From: Octopus vulgaris
Lineage: Eukaryota
NCBI GenBank assembly: GCA_951406725.2
Contig: OX597814.1
Span: 196,354,001 to 196,418,000, forward strand
Length of the DNA: 64,000 nucleotides
Direction of reading: 5' to 3'
In this document: piece after piece, positions 12,558 through 26,204 of the stretch
Layout: each line of letters opens with the position of its first letter
Numbering within the stretch: position 1 is the first letter of the stretch
The notes under the pieces: model-generated
Seen by the model: the letters and a program-made list of their open reading frames with translations, nothing else
The model's database searches: none
Told to the model about the DNA's origin: nothing
Translations under genes and position numbers: made by a program

Positions 12558-13487
12558 CGTGTGTGTATGTGTTTGTGATTGTGCTTGTGTGCAGGGATAT
12601 TTGCTGAAATGTATGTGTAATGTCGTGTGAAATGTAGGTGGTTTCGTATCATTACGTTGTTAATTTGAAATATATTAGGATTATCTTAATAAATACAATC
12701 ATTTTTTGTTCTTTGGTGAAGGCGTTTTATGGAACAACCGTGACGTGAAATGAATTATAAATCTGAAACAATCAAATTTCAATACTTTCCTAAATAAATA
12801 GCTTGATTTAATACTTGTGCCGTAATATATGTGTGTACCTGTCTGTAAGTACGTACGCATGTATGAATGTATACACACACACACATACATGCATATGTGT
12901 ATAACACGAACATTGAAGTCAACAAGCATTAGTGGTCGATGACACATACGTTTTTGCACTCCTCATTAGCTTTATGTTGCAAGATTTATATTGTTTAATA
13001 ATTAGCTGAACAAAATCATGGAAGCTCTTAAACTCACGTTACGAGATTTTTACCCAAAATACACAGAAGAATTTTGGTAATGATAGTAAGGTTAGTCGGG
13101 AGAAATGACAGAATTATTTCTTAGGGGTACTGAAAGACTTCGATTTTTTCAAGGAAAAAAGTGAATTTCAATGAAATGAAACGAGATAAAATTAAATTAA
13201 AATATAGTGAAATATTTACCTTATTACATTGAAGAATTCGTGTAGCACTTGAGAATGCTTACTATGCCATCTGAATGCATTTCAGGATTTCTTGCCAATT
13301 GTGAAAGCTCTAACCTAGATCCAAAGACACCTCATTGGAATTTCAACAACACCAACAGGGAATTTTTTATGTATGTAGGTACGTGGGGTGTATGAAAAGT
13401 CGTGAACCTCAAAACAATAAATTATGGTATAAGACTTCAGATGTAGGTACAAGACTACAAGGCACAAAACGTTTCATACACCTCTCG

Positions 13488-13930
13488 TATGTATGCATGT
13501 ATGTATGTATGCATGTATGCATGTATGCATGTATGTATGTATGTATGTATGTATGTATGTATGTATGTGTGTATATGTGTACGTATGTATATATATGTAT
13601 GTATGTATGTGTGTATGTGTGCATGTGTATATGTATGTATGTATGTATGTATGCATGTATGTATGTATGTATGTATGTATGTATGTATGTGTGTATGTGT
13701 GTATATATGTGTATGTATGTATGTATGTATGTATGTATGTATGTATGTATGTATGTATGTATGTATGTACGTATGTGTGTATATATGTATGCATGCATGC
13801 ATGCATGTATATATGTATGTGTGTATGTATGCATGCATGTACGTATGTATGCATGCAAGTATATATGTATGCTTGTGTGTGTATATATGTCTGTATTTGT
13901 ATATGTACGTATTTATGTATGTATGCATGT
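13488..13930. repeat. (TATG)n-type microsatellite
   Basis: Direct inspection. Confidence 0.95.
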
Positions 13931-13932
13931 GT

Positions 13933-14312
13933 GGAGGTGCAATGGCCCAGTGGTTAGAGCAGAGGACTCGCGGTCGTAGGATCTTGGTTTCGATTCCCAG
14001 ACCGAGCGTCGTGAGTGTTTATTGAGCGTAAACACCAAAAGCTCCACGAAACTCCGGCAGGGGATGATGGCGAATTGTGCTGTACTCTTTCACCACAACT
14101 TTCTCTCATTCTTTCTTCCTATTTCCGTTGTACCTGTATTTCAAAGGGCCAGCCTTGTCACACTCCGTGTCACGCTGACTCTTCCCCGAGAAATACGTTA
14201 AGGGTGCAAAGTGTCTGTAGAATACTCAGCCACTTACACGTTAATTTCACGAGCAGGCTGTTCCGTTGATTGGATCAACTGGAACTGTCATCGTCGTAAA
14301 TGACAGAGTCCC
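13933..14312 (+). mobile_element. SINE family C
   Basis: Reverse-complement homolog of 8893-9279. Confidence 0.85.
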
Positions 14313-14761
14313 ACAAATGTATGTGTGTATATATGTATGCATGCATGTATGTATATATGCATGTATGCATATATGTATGTATGCATATATGTGTGTGTAT
14401 GTATTTGTGTATGTACATATTTATGTACATATGTATGCATATATGTATGTATGCATGTGTGCAATTTACATGCATGTATGTATACGTGCAGACAAAATTT
14501 ACTATATGATATTGAACTTTGAGAAATTGCAGCTGAAACTTAGTCAATTGACATATATCATTTACATAGTTCAAATGTTTAGAAGTTCGTTCCTGAAGGA
14601 TTATATTTATTTTGTTTATTTGAATAATGTCAACACGCCTATGAATTGTTATAAATTTATCGTGCATCGCATGTTTAATTCTTAAGTCGATTGTGTTTCG
14701 AGCAATGTTGTCTGACAGGTGAATGAACAATATTAATTCTATTTTATTACGCGCTACATAT

Positions 14762-14804
<43 letters not shown>

Positions 14805-14886
14805 TTATATATATGTATGTATGCAATATGGAATAAAGGATGTTCGTCTACTGAAACGATGGTAACATAAATTTGAATTACTGATT

Positions 14887-14950
<64 letters not shown>

Positions 14951-16154
14951 TGTGAATGTGAGTGTAGAGTGTAGTTTGTACATGTATGTGCATTTGCTTG
15001 TGTGTGTGTGTGTGTGTGTGTGTGTGTCTAAGTTGTGTGTAGGCTGTATATATATATATATATATATATATGAAACGAAAAAAAGACAGATATGAAATTA
15101 AATGTTCTGGCATTTATATATTGTTAAGAATATTTTTCAAACTCTACTTAAATACATTTCTTTAATGTATCGTACAAAATTTACAATGTGTCGTTTACTC
15201 AAACAGAAACAAAATATTTCCCGTCGTCGATTCTAAAAAAAAAACAAAAAAACAAATGAGTTGATTCGATGATCCATTAGTTATTGTTTTTACGTATATA
15301 GCCTTGCTCTATGACGACATAGTATTACATGTTTACTTTCGTGTAACAATGCATATAATTGAATAATTTTATATGATTATTATATGTTTTGTTTTCTTTT
15401 TTCTCACACCATGACAAAATAATACCTTGGTAACACTACTTTAATATCTATATCATGTTAAATATATGTTTACAACTATACACATGTATATTTTTTCCAG
15501 TTTATAGATTTACAGTAATTTGAAAGAAAATAGAATTTAATGAGTTTCTGTAATCGGAAGATGTATCTAACATACCTCAGAGCAAAAATTCTAATATATT
15601 ATAAATTAATTTTTGTTTTTTGTATTGCAAAATGGAGGGCTTACTAATTTAGACAAATTTACAATATACGCTTGAAATTTTTAAAGAATCTGTTTCAGAA
15701 TATTTTCTATAAGCAGTAGATGTAGTTGTGTTACAATATAAGTCAACAGTTTAAAGATAATTCAACGAAAGTAGGACACATTTATACATTTCTAAAACTA
15801 AAAACAAGAAAATTTGAACGGAAATAATTTTCTTTGGAAGATGAAGCAGAAAATTCGCACTGCTCCAAGTGAAATCTTAACGCTAATTTTACAAGTAAAA
15901 ACATAGTTTCGTGACTACAACATTACTAATGATACAATGAACTTGTGTTTATGAATCGTACAAAGTATATAATATCAATATCGACCTAATCTACATAAAT
16001 GTAGAATTGCATTGAAAGAAAATCTAAGTAACCTTACATAACTGTTTTAGATTCGTCATTCAAACCAAAAAGTAAACTGAAATCAGTACGACATATGCTA
16101 GACATTGAACTGAATAAAACCAATTGCATTGAGGGTATCCTTATATTTTTTTTT

Positions 16155-16312
16155 ATTCCCTTACTGGTTTAAGTCATTTGCCTGCGGCCATGCTGGAGCA
16201 CCGCCTTTAGTCGAAGGAATCGACCACAGGACTTATTCTTTTGTAAACCTACTACTTATTCTATCGGACTCCTTTGCCGAACCGCTAAGTTACGAGGATG
16301 TAAACACATCGA
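16155..16312 (-). mobile_element. SINE family A, 3' part
   Basis: GCGGCCATGCTGGAGCACCGCC block. Confidence 0.75.
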
Positions 16313-16339
16313 TGTGGTACATCGGCACAATCATATACT

Positions 16340-16412
<73 letters not shown>

Positions 16413-16413
16413 G

Positions 16414-17110
16414 GATAACTCACAAGAAACAAAATGCGAAGACAGGTGGTATAGACAACAAACAGATATATTAGTTTTACGCTCGGGAAATGAAAAAGTC
16501 TAAAGTTTCGAGCCTACGCTCTTCCACAGAAAGGATCAGAGAAAGAAACAAGGAGGGAAAATAAAGAATTTGTAGTGGCTAGCGATCTATCATGGCGAAC
16601 GCCGGACAGAAGGGTCACACAGGAGAGCTAGGGAGAAGGAGAGATAATAGAGTAGTGGTGATCCCAAAACAAAAGTGCGCGTGCGTGTGTAAGTGTAGGT
16701 GTGTGGATGATGGTATTCGGCTGGGAAGTGGTCAGTGCTAATGTGGGCGTGGTGGTGTGATGTGATGTGGTGTTGTGTGGTATGGTGCTGTATGGTGTGG
16801 TGTGTTGGTGTTGGGATGTGAGGGAGGCGAGAGTGCGTAAAGCAAGGGTGGGTGTGGGTTATGTTGAGGGTGGGAGTAGATGTAGGGTTAGGTGTGGGGC
16901 TGGAGGTAGGTGTGATAGGGGAGAGGAGAGGAGGGTTATATGAAGAGGGGAGTAGAGTTGAGCCCATGTGGCGCGAAGGAGCGAAGAGGGAAGATTAATC
17001 CCTGTTCACGGCGAAAACGTGTTCCAGATGGCCCCTGTGCAAGGGAAATCCGAACAGACAGGTTTTGCAAAGAGTGACAGGTAGAGCGGAAATGGCGCGG
17101 AACCGGGGTG
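16414..17110 (-). mobile_element. Penelope-like element 3' fragment (GIY-YIG C-terminus, UTR, HHR-like motif at ~16497-16533)
   Basis: PVPRHFRSTCHS...RFRREQGLIFPLRSFAPHGLN fits the PLE endonuclease end (H-F...E..LI..L....P.GLN). Downstream end is homologous to 9935-10070 and 18850-19030. Confidence 0.7.
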
Positions 17111-17399
17111 TGAAGTGTGTGTGTATGTGCCTGGTTTGTGTGTTTGCATTTGAGGCTGTCTGTGACTGAACTGCACACGTAGGGGAGAATGAAGGAAACT
17201 GGCAGACTCGCTATTAACATTAGTTACCCACTTCCAAGATGTAGTTGAGGAAAGGAAATTAAGTTGGTAAAAAAATATGTCCGCTACACAGAAGTGATGT
17301 TTTAAAGGAATATCACATTGTGCGAGAGCTGTAAAAACCTCAACCCTATTTAATTTCATCTGATACCAGAACATAATCCTCCGTTGATATTCATGTTTC

Positions 17400-18050
17400 T
17401 GTTACTCTTATTTGTTTTAGTCATTAGACTACAGTCATGCTGGAGCACAACCTTGAAGGGTATAGCCAATCCAATCAACTCGAGTATTTATTTTAAAGTA
17501 TCGGTCTCTTTTGACGGAGCACTGAGTTACGGAGAAGTAAGCAATCGGTAGGGGAACAAACACAAGGATACACAGACACACACAAATACGAAGGGGTGCT
17601 GAAAAGTTCCTGATTTAAGCGAATCGCGAAAAGCCTGGTTCGAAGACCAATCTTCGGAGTTCATTTACAGGGCTTAGGAAAACTGAAGGATCGCTGTAAT
17701 GAGTGTGTGAATCTGAGAGGAGAATATATTAAATAAAATCATAATTGACTGATCGTCCTGTATTTTCTTTTGCCCAAAAGATATTTGTAGCAACATTCGT
17801 ACACATACTCACACACACACACACACACACAAAACACCCCCTCACACACACGTGCGCAAACGCACACCATACATACACACATGCACACACACACTCACAT
17901 GACGGACTTCAACAAAGTTTCCGTCGGTCAAATGCACTCACAAAACATTAGTCGTCACGGCGTTATAGCAGAAAACACTTGCCCCTTGTGTTGCGTTGGA
18001 ACACTAAACCCAAAACCTTGGAGTTGTGAAATGATTCTACTAAGTAGAGG
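17400..18050 (-). mobile_element. degenerate SINE family A carrying a nested mariner derivative
   Basis: Diverged 3' block at 17400-17580 and 5' block at 17900-18050. Confidence 0.6.
17589..17799 (+). mobile_element. mariner deletion derivative
   Basis: TA-CGAAGGGGTGCTGAAAAGTT left end, LKDRCNECVNLRGEYIK* transposase C-terminus, degenerate right TIR ending TCG-TA. Confidence 0.7.
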
Positions 18051-18849
18051 AATGTGCTTGTGCACAACCTATAAAACAACTAATTCATATTAAAACCACA
18101 ACTGTCCTTTGCACGTACTTGGCTCTCCTTAAACCTTTTTAGCTCCTCTATTGTTGTGATCAGCAATAGATATTCACTCTGCTCCAGCGGAACATCAAGA
18201 ATGTGACAAACATAAGGAGAACGGGCTCTACAAGCCCTTGGATTTCAAGAAATTTCAATTGATGAGATTGGATCTGCGAAATAAAGTGATATGCTCATAA
18301 ATACGATATGCCGCCCAATCAATAAATTGAACCCACAACCCCATGAACATGAGCCCAACACGCTAACGATTAAGATACACATTCATACAATTAATAATGC
18401 AATAAAAGAGAAAGAAGAAAAAGAATTCAAACCATAACAGTTCACTGAGTCTCCTACCGAAGGGGTAGCTTCATTGTTTCCGCTAGTGATTCTTTCATAT
18501 AAACAATATGGCTCTGTTACCAACATCTGTGTTTTCAACCAGAAATGTTTCCCTAATTCATTTTGCTTTCAGCTTAAGAAATACTGCGAAATATTTATTC
18601 CGCTCCATTTTTTTTTTACATTGAATTCTGTATTTCACTTCAAATACTACAAGCTGTTATTAACTAAACAAATATCGCTGCCATACAGTATTCAGAAGAA
18701 CCTATTTCAATTTCAACCAAGTGATTCTCCGGGTTTCAGTCTCACTATGTGGCACATCGTGCGAATGATTCCTGCTACAGCCTAGGGCCTACCAGATTCT
18801 TGTGAGCGGATTTGGTAGATAAAATACTGCATATATATATATATAGTTG

Positions 18850-19033
18850 AAATTTATAGAAAAACCAAAATCAAAGAGAAGTGTATGAACAACAAGGAAG
18901 TGTATTAGTTTCACGCTCAAGAAAAATGAAAAAGTCTTTTACGTTTCGAGTTCACGCTCTTAGACAGAAAGGAATAAGAGAAAAACACAGAGGGAATAAA
19001 AAAAAACTTGTAGTTCTGAGCGGTCCAGCATGG

Positions 19034-19036
<3 letters not shown>
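18850..19036 (-). mobile_element. PLE 3' fragment with degenerate U6-variant HHR at 18936-18971
   Basis: Homologous to 16414-16600 and flanked by (TA)n on both sides. Confidence 0.6.
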
Positions 19037-19069
<33 letters not shown>

Positions 19070-19635
19070 TGTGTGTTTGTGTGTGGATGTGCGTGTGTGT
19101 GTGCGTGTGTGTGTATGTAGTATGTATGTATAGTTCTTGAAAACCACAACTAGCCATTGCACATTGTAGTAGTAGTTTAATCCGAAGCTATTTTTAAGAA
19201 GGAACCAAAAGCCATACATGCTGACATAAACAAACACACAAACATATGCTGCTATATTTCACTTGGTAAGCAACTTTCCATCATTTAAGATGGCACTGAA
19301 ATTTTGTGAATTTTTGCCCTCAAGAGATTTTTACTTTTTAAATGCATAATGAAATCTTAATTGCAAAATATGAATGAAGGTAAGAAATTCAAACGTACGT
19401 AGGCGATATAAATTTGACTATTATATTTTCCTTATGTTATATATATATATATATATATATATTTTGAGTAATTGAATGAATTATCTTATTAAGGATAATT
19501 CGAAAGATAACCGATACCTACATTCAGCCACTCTGACGTCACTCATTATAAAGAGACACTCATTATCACCATGGGCTCCTTGAGAGCGGTCAGCTAAGGG
19601 TTTTTGTGCATTTTGATGTCGACATAAGTTCCTTG

Positions 19636-19709
19636 ATTTTCCTGATGAGAAATCTGCATAATGTACTCGTTATTAGGAATATGCAGCCTTCGAAACATAT
19701 GTCGAGAAT
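19636..19709 (+). ncRNA. type I hammerhead ribozyme, canonical core
   Basis: AUUUUC-CUGAUGA-GAAAUCUGCAUA...UAUGCAGCCUUC-GAAA-CAUAUG-UC^GAGAAU. Palindromic loop III; lies in a TA-flanked insert 19462-19755. Confidence 0.8.
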
Positions 19710-19911
19710 AAAGGATATTTGTTAACTAGTCGTTCAACTCCATTCTTTCATATACTTATATATATATATATATATATATTATTAGTGAATGGAATAAATG
19801 GAGTTGAACGAAGATTGTACAGAATACCTTTTATTACATTCTACACATGTAAACATTCTACACGGTTAAACCTTTGAATAATCTGTTACAAGAAAATTCA
19901 TCTTTCTATTT

Positions 19912-19964
<53 letters not shown>

Positions 19965-20096
19965 AAAATAGTAAAGTGTGAAAAAACGACAGAAGGCTTA
20001 AATGTTAAAAAATATATATATTTGTGTCAAAATGTCTGGAGAATATTGGAAAAATTTTTTTCCTTTCCTTAAAATGACATAATTTTAAAATTTTTA

Positions 20097-20136
20097 AAGA
20101 AATTACCGGTTTCGCGTGTAGCTTTTCAAATTTCTT
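20097..20136 (-). ncRNA. minimal hammerhead ribozyme, U3:A8 core
   Basis: Reverse complement of 21578-21617. Confidence 0.75.
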
Positions 20137-20742
20137 GTGACGTTATGTTTATATTGCATGGAGTTATCGTTGTGTTTATTTTCAGGAGATTTCTAAATAA
20201 GGGGAGGTAGTGAGTGATTTCTTCCGGTGTAAGGGAGATAATCGCTTAAAAATTTTTTTCCCCTTTCCCTTGTTAATTTCTCTGTGTTAGTATGTTCGGA
20301 TGGTTGAGTCTGGGTTTGTACTTTTCAATGAAGAATGTTTCCTTGTTCAGTCTCATTTGTGTTGATGATCCGAAAGCACATTGGTAAAATGGGAAGATTA
20401 AAAATTGTGGCAGTAGTTGCTTTGCGCATTTCTCAATGTGCTCACTAAAAGGTATCATTCTATATTCTGGGAATGCAATCTGTTGTCGATGCAGTGTGCA
20501 TCTACGCCTGAGTGCAACTACTGCCACAATTTTTAATCTTCCCATTTTACCAATGTGCTTTCGGATCATCAACACAAATGAGACTGAACAAGGAAACATT
20601 CTTCATTGAAAAGTACAAACCCAGACTCAACCATCCGAACATACTGACACAGAGAAATTAACAAGGGAAAGGGGAAAAAAATTTTTAAGCGATTATCTCC
20701 CTTACACCGGAAGAAATCACTCACTACCTCCCCTTATTTAGA

Positions 20743-21441
20743 AAACGTGCAACAGAAATCAACATAGAAACTTTAAGAAAAGTTCAACACAACAACACAC
20801 CTTCCCCGAAAATACTACCTTACATATCTACATACAACCCCAGAAACAAAGAAGCCTTCACCATCATCACCCAGAATTTACCAATACTTCATAAAAACCC
20901 AAAATTAAAGGAAATTCTAAACATACACCAAATCATTAAAAGCTACAAACAGCCTAAATCACTTAAAAAGATTCTCACAAAGGCAAAATTGTCTTCTAAA
21001 ATTACGGATGCAAAAGTAAAAAAATGTGGTAGATCGAACTGTGCAACATGTCCTAACCTATTGGAAGGATCAGAATTCTTCTTTAAAGAGGGACAGAAAT
21101 TCAAGATCAAATCTAACTTTACTTGTGCCTCTGAAAACATAATTTACGTCATTAAATGCTCGGGCTGCCACCAAGACTACGTGGGTTCCACGGGACTATC
21201 ACTCAGGCGTAGATGCACACTGCATCGACAACAGATTGCATTCCCAGAATATAGAATGATACCTTTTAGTGAGCACATTGAGAAATGCGCAAAGCAACTA
21301 CTGCCACAATTTTTAATCTTCCCATTTTACCAATGTGCTTTCGGATCATCAACACAAATGAGACTGAACAAGGAAACATTCTTCATTGAAAAGTACAAAC
21401 CCAGACTCAGCCATCCGAACATACTGACACAGAGAAATTAA
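20743..21441 (+). pseudogene. 5'-truncated PLE ORF: RT C-terminal/linker region plus GIY-YIG endonuclease
   Basis: Stop-free frame KRATEIN...LPYISTYNP...CGRSNCATC...NIIYVIKCSGCHQDYVGST...RRRCTLH...HIEKC...KETFFI...P. Confidence 0.88.
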
Positions 21442-21577
21442 CAAGGGAAAGGGGAAAAAAATTTTTAAGCGATTATCTCCCTTACACCGGAAGAAATCAC
21501 TCACTACCTCCCCTTATTTAGAAATCTCCTGAAAATAAACACAACGATAACTCCATGCAATATAAACATAACGTCAC

Positions 21578-21617
21578 AAGAAATTTGAAAAGCTACACGC
21601 GAAACCGGTAATTTCTT
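21578..21617 (+). ncRNA. minimal hammerhead ribozyme, U3:A8 core
   Basis: AAGAAAU-UUGAAAA-GC uacac GC-GAAA-CCGG-UA^AUUUCUU. Perfect 7-bp stem I and palindromic ACCGGU. Confidence 0.75.
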
Positions 21618-21791
21618 TAAAAATTTTAAAATTATGTCATTTTAAGGAAAGGAAAAAAATTTTTCCAATATTCTCCAGACATTTTGACACAAATATATAT
21701 ATTTTTTAACATTTAAGCCTTCTGTCGTATTTTCACACTTTACTATTTTCTTATATATTCACCCACGTGCTTTACCATACATACTTTCTTA

Positions 21792-21848
<57 letters not shown>

Positions 21849-22623
21849 TATCTATGTGTGGGTATCTTTGTGTCTTTGTGTCTGTGTTTGTCCAATACCG
21901 ATTAACAACAACGTTTGCCCTGTTATACGTTTTCGTAACTTAGCAGTTCGGCACAAGGGATTATATAATAAGTATCAACGTTTAAAAAGGAAAAAAAAGT
22001 ACTGTGGTCGATTCATTCCATTAAAAAAATTGTTCAAGACGTTGCTGCGGCATGGCCGCAGTGTAATAACTAAAACAAGAAATACACATACACACACTCA
22101 CACATATATATATATATGTAAAGTGATTATTAATGGAAAAGCTATTAACGATCAGTGTTTGAGAAACTTTTCTCTGTCGATATTTATGATTAACAAGAAA
22201 TTTATTAAAGTTAAGTCATTGCTACCCAACGTCAAATATAGATTATATCTTATGATAGCATTTCATGTAGATTGAAGGGCGAAACGAAACATTTTACATA
22301 AAATATCACTCAGAATACTCGATTAATATTTATCAATATTAATCAATCCGAAATCTCATCAATTTTCGAAGCTACTTGTTCAATTTCAATAGATTTATTA
22401 GGTCTTATCAGTGACACCTTTAAATCCATTGCTGAATCATTTCTAATGATTTTCCAACGTATGTCATCTAATCCACCAATATTACCCTATTCAAAAGCAT
22501 CAGGTACGACTACTACCCCGACCAGTATGGAAGAAGTAAGTTACATGTGACCAAACATTTCATCTCTGTTGCTGTGGCGTATGATTATCATCCAGTTCTA
22601 CATCATCTATCTCCCACCGTGTT

Positions 22624-22711
<88 letters not shown>

Positions 22712-23083
22712 ACAATGTAGACGGGTATATGTTATATATATTTATAGTTTATATATACATATAGATATATACATATGTACATATATATACATACATACAC
22801 ATACATATATTACATATACATATACATAGATATATACAAATATATATATATACATACATATATTATATATATATATATATGTGTGTGTGAGTGTATGTGC
22901 ATGTATGTATGTATAAATAATAGCTGCAAAACCGCTATTTGAGATAGAGTTTTTGTAGCTAATGAGTAGTTTCAACTCTTATTTCTAGCAATGCTGCTAC
23001 CACTTTGTACCTTCTATCACTTTAATGAAGTCTATAAATTTGCGTTTAGGCTTTTAAATTCCTAATAAGCCATCGATATTATA

Positions 23084-23120
<37 letters not shown>

Positions 23121-23333
23121 ATATGTATGTATATACATATGTCTGTGTGTGTATTATGGTATAAGTTGAAGGAAAACAGTCAAGGAGACGTTATATAAAC
23201 TGTAAGAATTGTAAAAGCGTCACAGAGGCATTGACTTTATTCAAGCGATATTCAGATATTTATATTGTCGCACAAACAATGCATGTGTTTGCGATCATTC
23301 TACGATATCTTATCAAATAAACATGCACTTATA

Positions 23334-23794
23334 TCTCTCTATATATAAACGGCAGTTTGTCTGTGTGTCTGTGTGTCTGTCAGGTTGTACCCTCACCCTG
23401 ACCACGGCTTTCAACCGATTCTGATGAAACTTGACACACACATAGCCCAATGTCATAATTCAAAACTAACGCAGGGAAAATTTTGAAAAGTTCCCCCAGT
23501 TCTGAAAATATCGATAAATTCGACATGGGTTCGAGAATCTAAGCTTTTTATATGCAACACATTTTCTGGGGTGTACGTGGGCTGTTCACGCGTTGGGAGG
23601 CGCAATGATGTTTTCATGTTTTCGCCCAAAGGGACAGCTAGGAACATCGTATACACAGAAGTATTCGAGTGAAGAGACGACATTGCAACCTACACATGTG
23701 CCTTCGTTCCCTAGAGGGAAAGGACTAGATTGGGATTAGTCGTTGCCTACTAGGGGCTCTTACATACCCGGGCAACGCCGGGCTATGCTGCTAG
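23334..23794 (+). mobile_element. non-autonomous Helitron
   Basis: A|TCTCTCTATATATAAA 5' end; 3' hairpin CCCGG-GCAACG-CCGGG, then CTAG|T; no TSD. Confidence 0.85.
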
Positions 23795-23815
23795 TGTATA
23801 CATATTTACGTGTGT

Positions 23816-23859
<44 letters not shown>

Positions 23860-23957
23860 ATAGAAATGGTAAGACAACAAAAGAATGAAAGAGACCTAGA
23901 TATTATTTTGAGGAATTTATGTGTAAATATAATAAGTGACAATTATTCGGTAACCGT

Positions 23958-24018
23958 GATAAAACTCCGAGTTTCGGATATCGGGGCGGAAATCCACGCC
24001 GCCATCTCTTCAGTTATT
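23958..24018 (-). ncRNA. hammerhead ribozyme, canonical core
   Basis: AAUAA-CUGAAGA-GAUGGCGG...CCGCCCCGAUAUCC-GAAA-CUCGGAG-UU^UUAUC, in an insert starting at (TA)n 23856. Confidence 0.65.
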
Positions 24019-24397
24019 CGCCCATCGAAAAAATGCTATGAAAATTACCGTTAAACAAAGGAAAATTACCGTGTGATTGACCGTTATTAAGACATTTGTC
24101 TTAATAACTTTTGTTTTAGCTATTAAAATGACAGCTAAGTGAGGGGAGGGAGTAACATATATACACATGCACGCCTGCACACCCACGTAGATACGCCTAT
24201 AAGTATATACTCATCCATCCTCACTTGAAACACACACATGCTCACCAACACATGCGCACAAAAATAGTTCATACACACGTCTATATATGCACACACATAC
24301 ACGCGCACAAAAAGTTTCACACACACGTCTATATACGCACATGCACAAGAAAAAACAGGGCTAAAGGCAAAAACAGGGAAAGTGTAAAAAAAATGTG

Positions 24398-24429
<32 letters not shown>

Positions 24430-24430
24430 G

Positions 24431-24829
24431 TCTTTTACTCTTTTACTTGTTTCAGTCATTTGACTGCGGCCATGCTGCAGCACCCCCTTTAGTCGAGCAA
24501 ATCGACCCCGGGACTTATTCTTTGTAAGCCCAATACTTATTCTATCGGTCTCTTTTTGCCGAACCGCTAAGTGACGGGGACATAAACACACCACCATCAG
24601 TTGTCAAGCAATGCTAGGGAGACAAACACAGACACACAAACATACATATATATATATACATATATACGACGGGCTTCTTTCAGTTTCCGTCTACCAAATC
24701 CACTCACAAGGCTTTGGTCGGCCCGGGGCTATAGCAGAAGACACTTGCCCAAGATGCCACGCAGTGGGACTGAACCCGGAACCATGTGGTTGGTAAACAA
24801 GCTACTTACCACACAGCCACTCCTGCGCC
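24431..24829 (-). mobile_element. SINE family A, full length
   Basis: tRNA-like head GGCGCAGGAGTGGCTGTGTGG...GGTTCAGTCCC, internal TA/TG microsatellite, LINE-like tail ending (GTAAAAGA)n. Confidence 0.88.
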
Positions 24830-25254
24830 TTTCAGTTACTTACAATCACACCATATTATTATACTATATTCTTTATATAAGCGTATACATACATACATAC
24901 ATACATACATACATACATACATACATACATACAAACATACATACGTACATACATGCATATATATGTATGTGTGTATATAAATCCTTTTTTGTATATGTAT
25001 CTGTATGCAATATTTTAATACTATTACATCTACTTATATTAGGACGCAGTTTTCAGAGTTGTTAGAATTGTTTTTTCTTGCATACTTCTATTTATTTCTA
25101 TATATTATCATTTATCCTGTTATCCTGCTTCTGATTCCTTACTTTGAATCAATAGATATTATGTATATTTTTCTAGATTAATTCTATATGTAAGTGGTTT
25201 GTGTGGTTTTTATAGTGACCACCTAATAATTAGTTAGGTAGGTATTATGTTACG

Positions 25255-25737
25255 CCTTAAAGCCTTGAAACTTTACTCTCTCCAGCGTCGCCGTGAGCGG
25301 TACATCATTTGCACGATGTGGAGAATATACCGCCAACTTTGCCCAAACGACCTGAACATTAGCTTCAAGGTTCATCCAAGACTGGGACCGCGGGCCATAC
25401 GTCCCCTGCCCAATTCAAGATCACAGCATACATGTATACTGCAACATAATTTCTTTTCCTCAACAGGCCCTGCCCTATTTAACATTGTCCCGAGGGAGAT
25501 CAAAGAGGAAAAGGATCCCATCAACTTTAAACGGTGTCTGGATAGATTCCTTCAAAGAATACCAGATAAGCCACCCATAATTGGACACAACTCATCCAAC
25601 AAGAACTCACTACTTAAATGGACCATAAACAAAACTTGACTTAAACAGGATTCGAATAATCCTATCAGGTGGTGCTATTAAGTTAGACATGGCCTGGACC
25701 AATCTTTGGTCGAAACATATCTAAGTTTTATCTAAGT
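25255..25737 (+). mobile_element. 5'-truncated CR1/L2-group LINE
   Basis: RLKALKLYSLQRRRERY...FFSSTGPALFNIVP...FKRCLDRFL. Tandem tail TATCTAAGTTT; TSD TTATGTTACG at 25245-25254 and 25738-25747. Confidence 0.85.
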
Positions 25738-26204
25738 TTATGTTACGTATTAAGTTGATTCTACATAATACTAATCTTATTTTTCATATTTAATTTGATT
25801 TACATATCCCACTTAGCCAACCTGGTTATGATATCCCTTTCTAGATATTTTAAAACTTTCATTTTTATACAACATGATAATATTTATTTATAAACGTTCT
25901 CTAACTAAGCCCCTAATGTTTTTCCTGGATATCATTGTAGCATCCTAAGTTTTATAGTATATTCCGCTTTAACGTCATGAATTAATGTCACTCCTACACT
26001 ACCCCCTTTTATAGACACTTACTATTATCTAACTGATTCTTTCTAAAGTTTTGTTTCTTTTTTTGTGGGTTGAGTGGTACTTGTAAAAGTATGAAATTTA
26101 AGACCAGCTATGAGCAGTCAACACACTTTGCTCTTTATTCTAAATAAACGCAGTCTTCTACTCCTAGATTTTTTGTTGCTGATATGGAGATGGATGAATA
26201 TGTG

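Larger units (their letters stand above)
19962..21794 (+). mobile_element. young Penelope-like element: inverted arm 19962-20514, direct piece 20514-20744, main body 20745-21794
   Basis: 19962-20514 is the reverse complement of 21200-21752. 20514-20744 repeats 21294-21524. (TA)n on both sides. Confidence 0.9.

Noticed and set aside
23421-23432. CTGATGAAAC in the Helitron
   Set aside because: No room for stem II; not a hammerhead.
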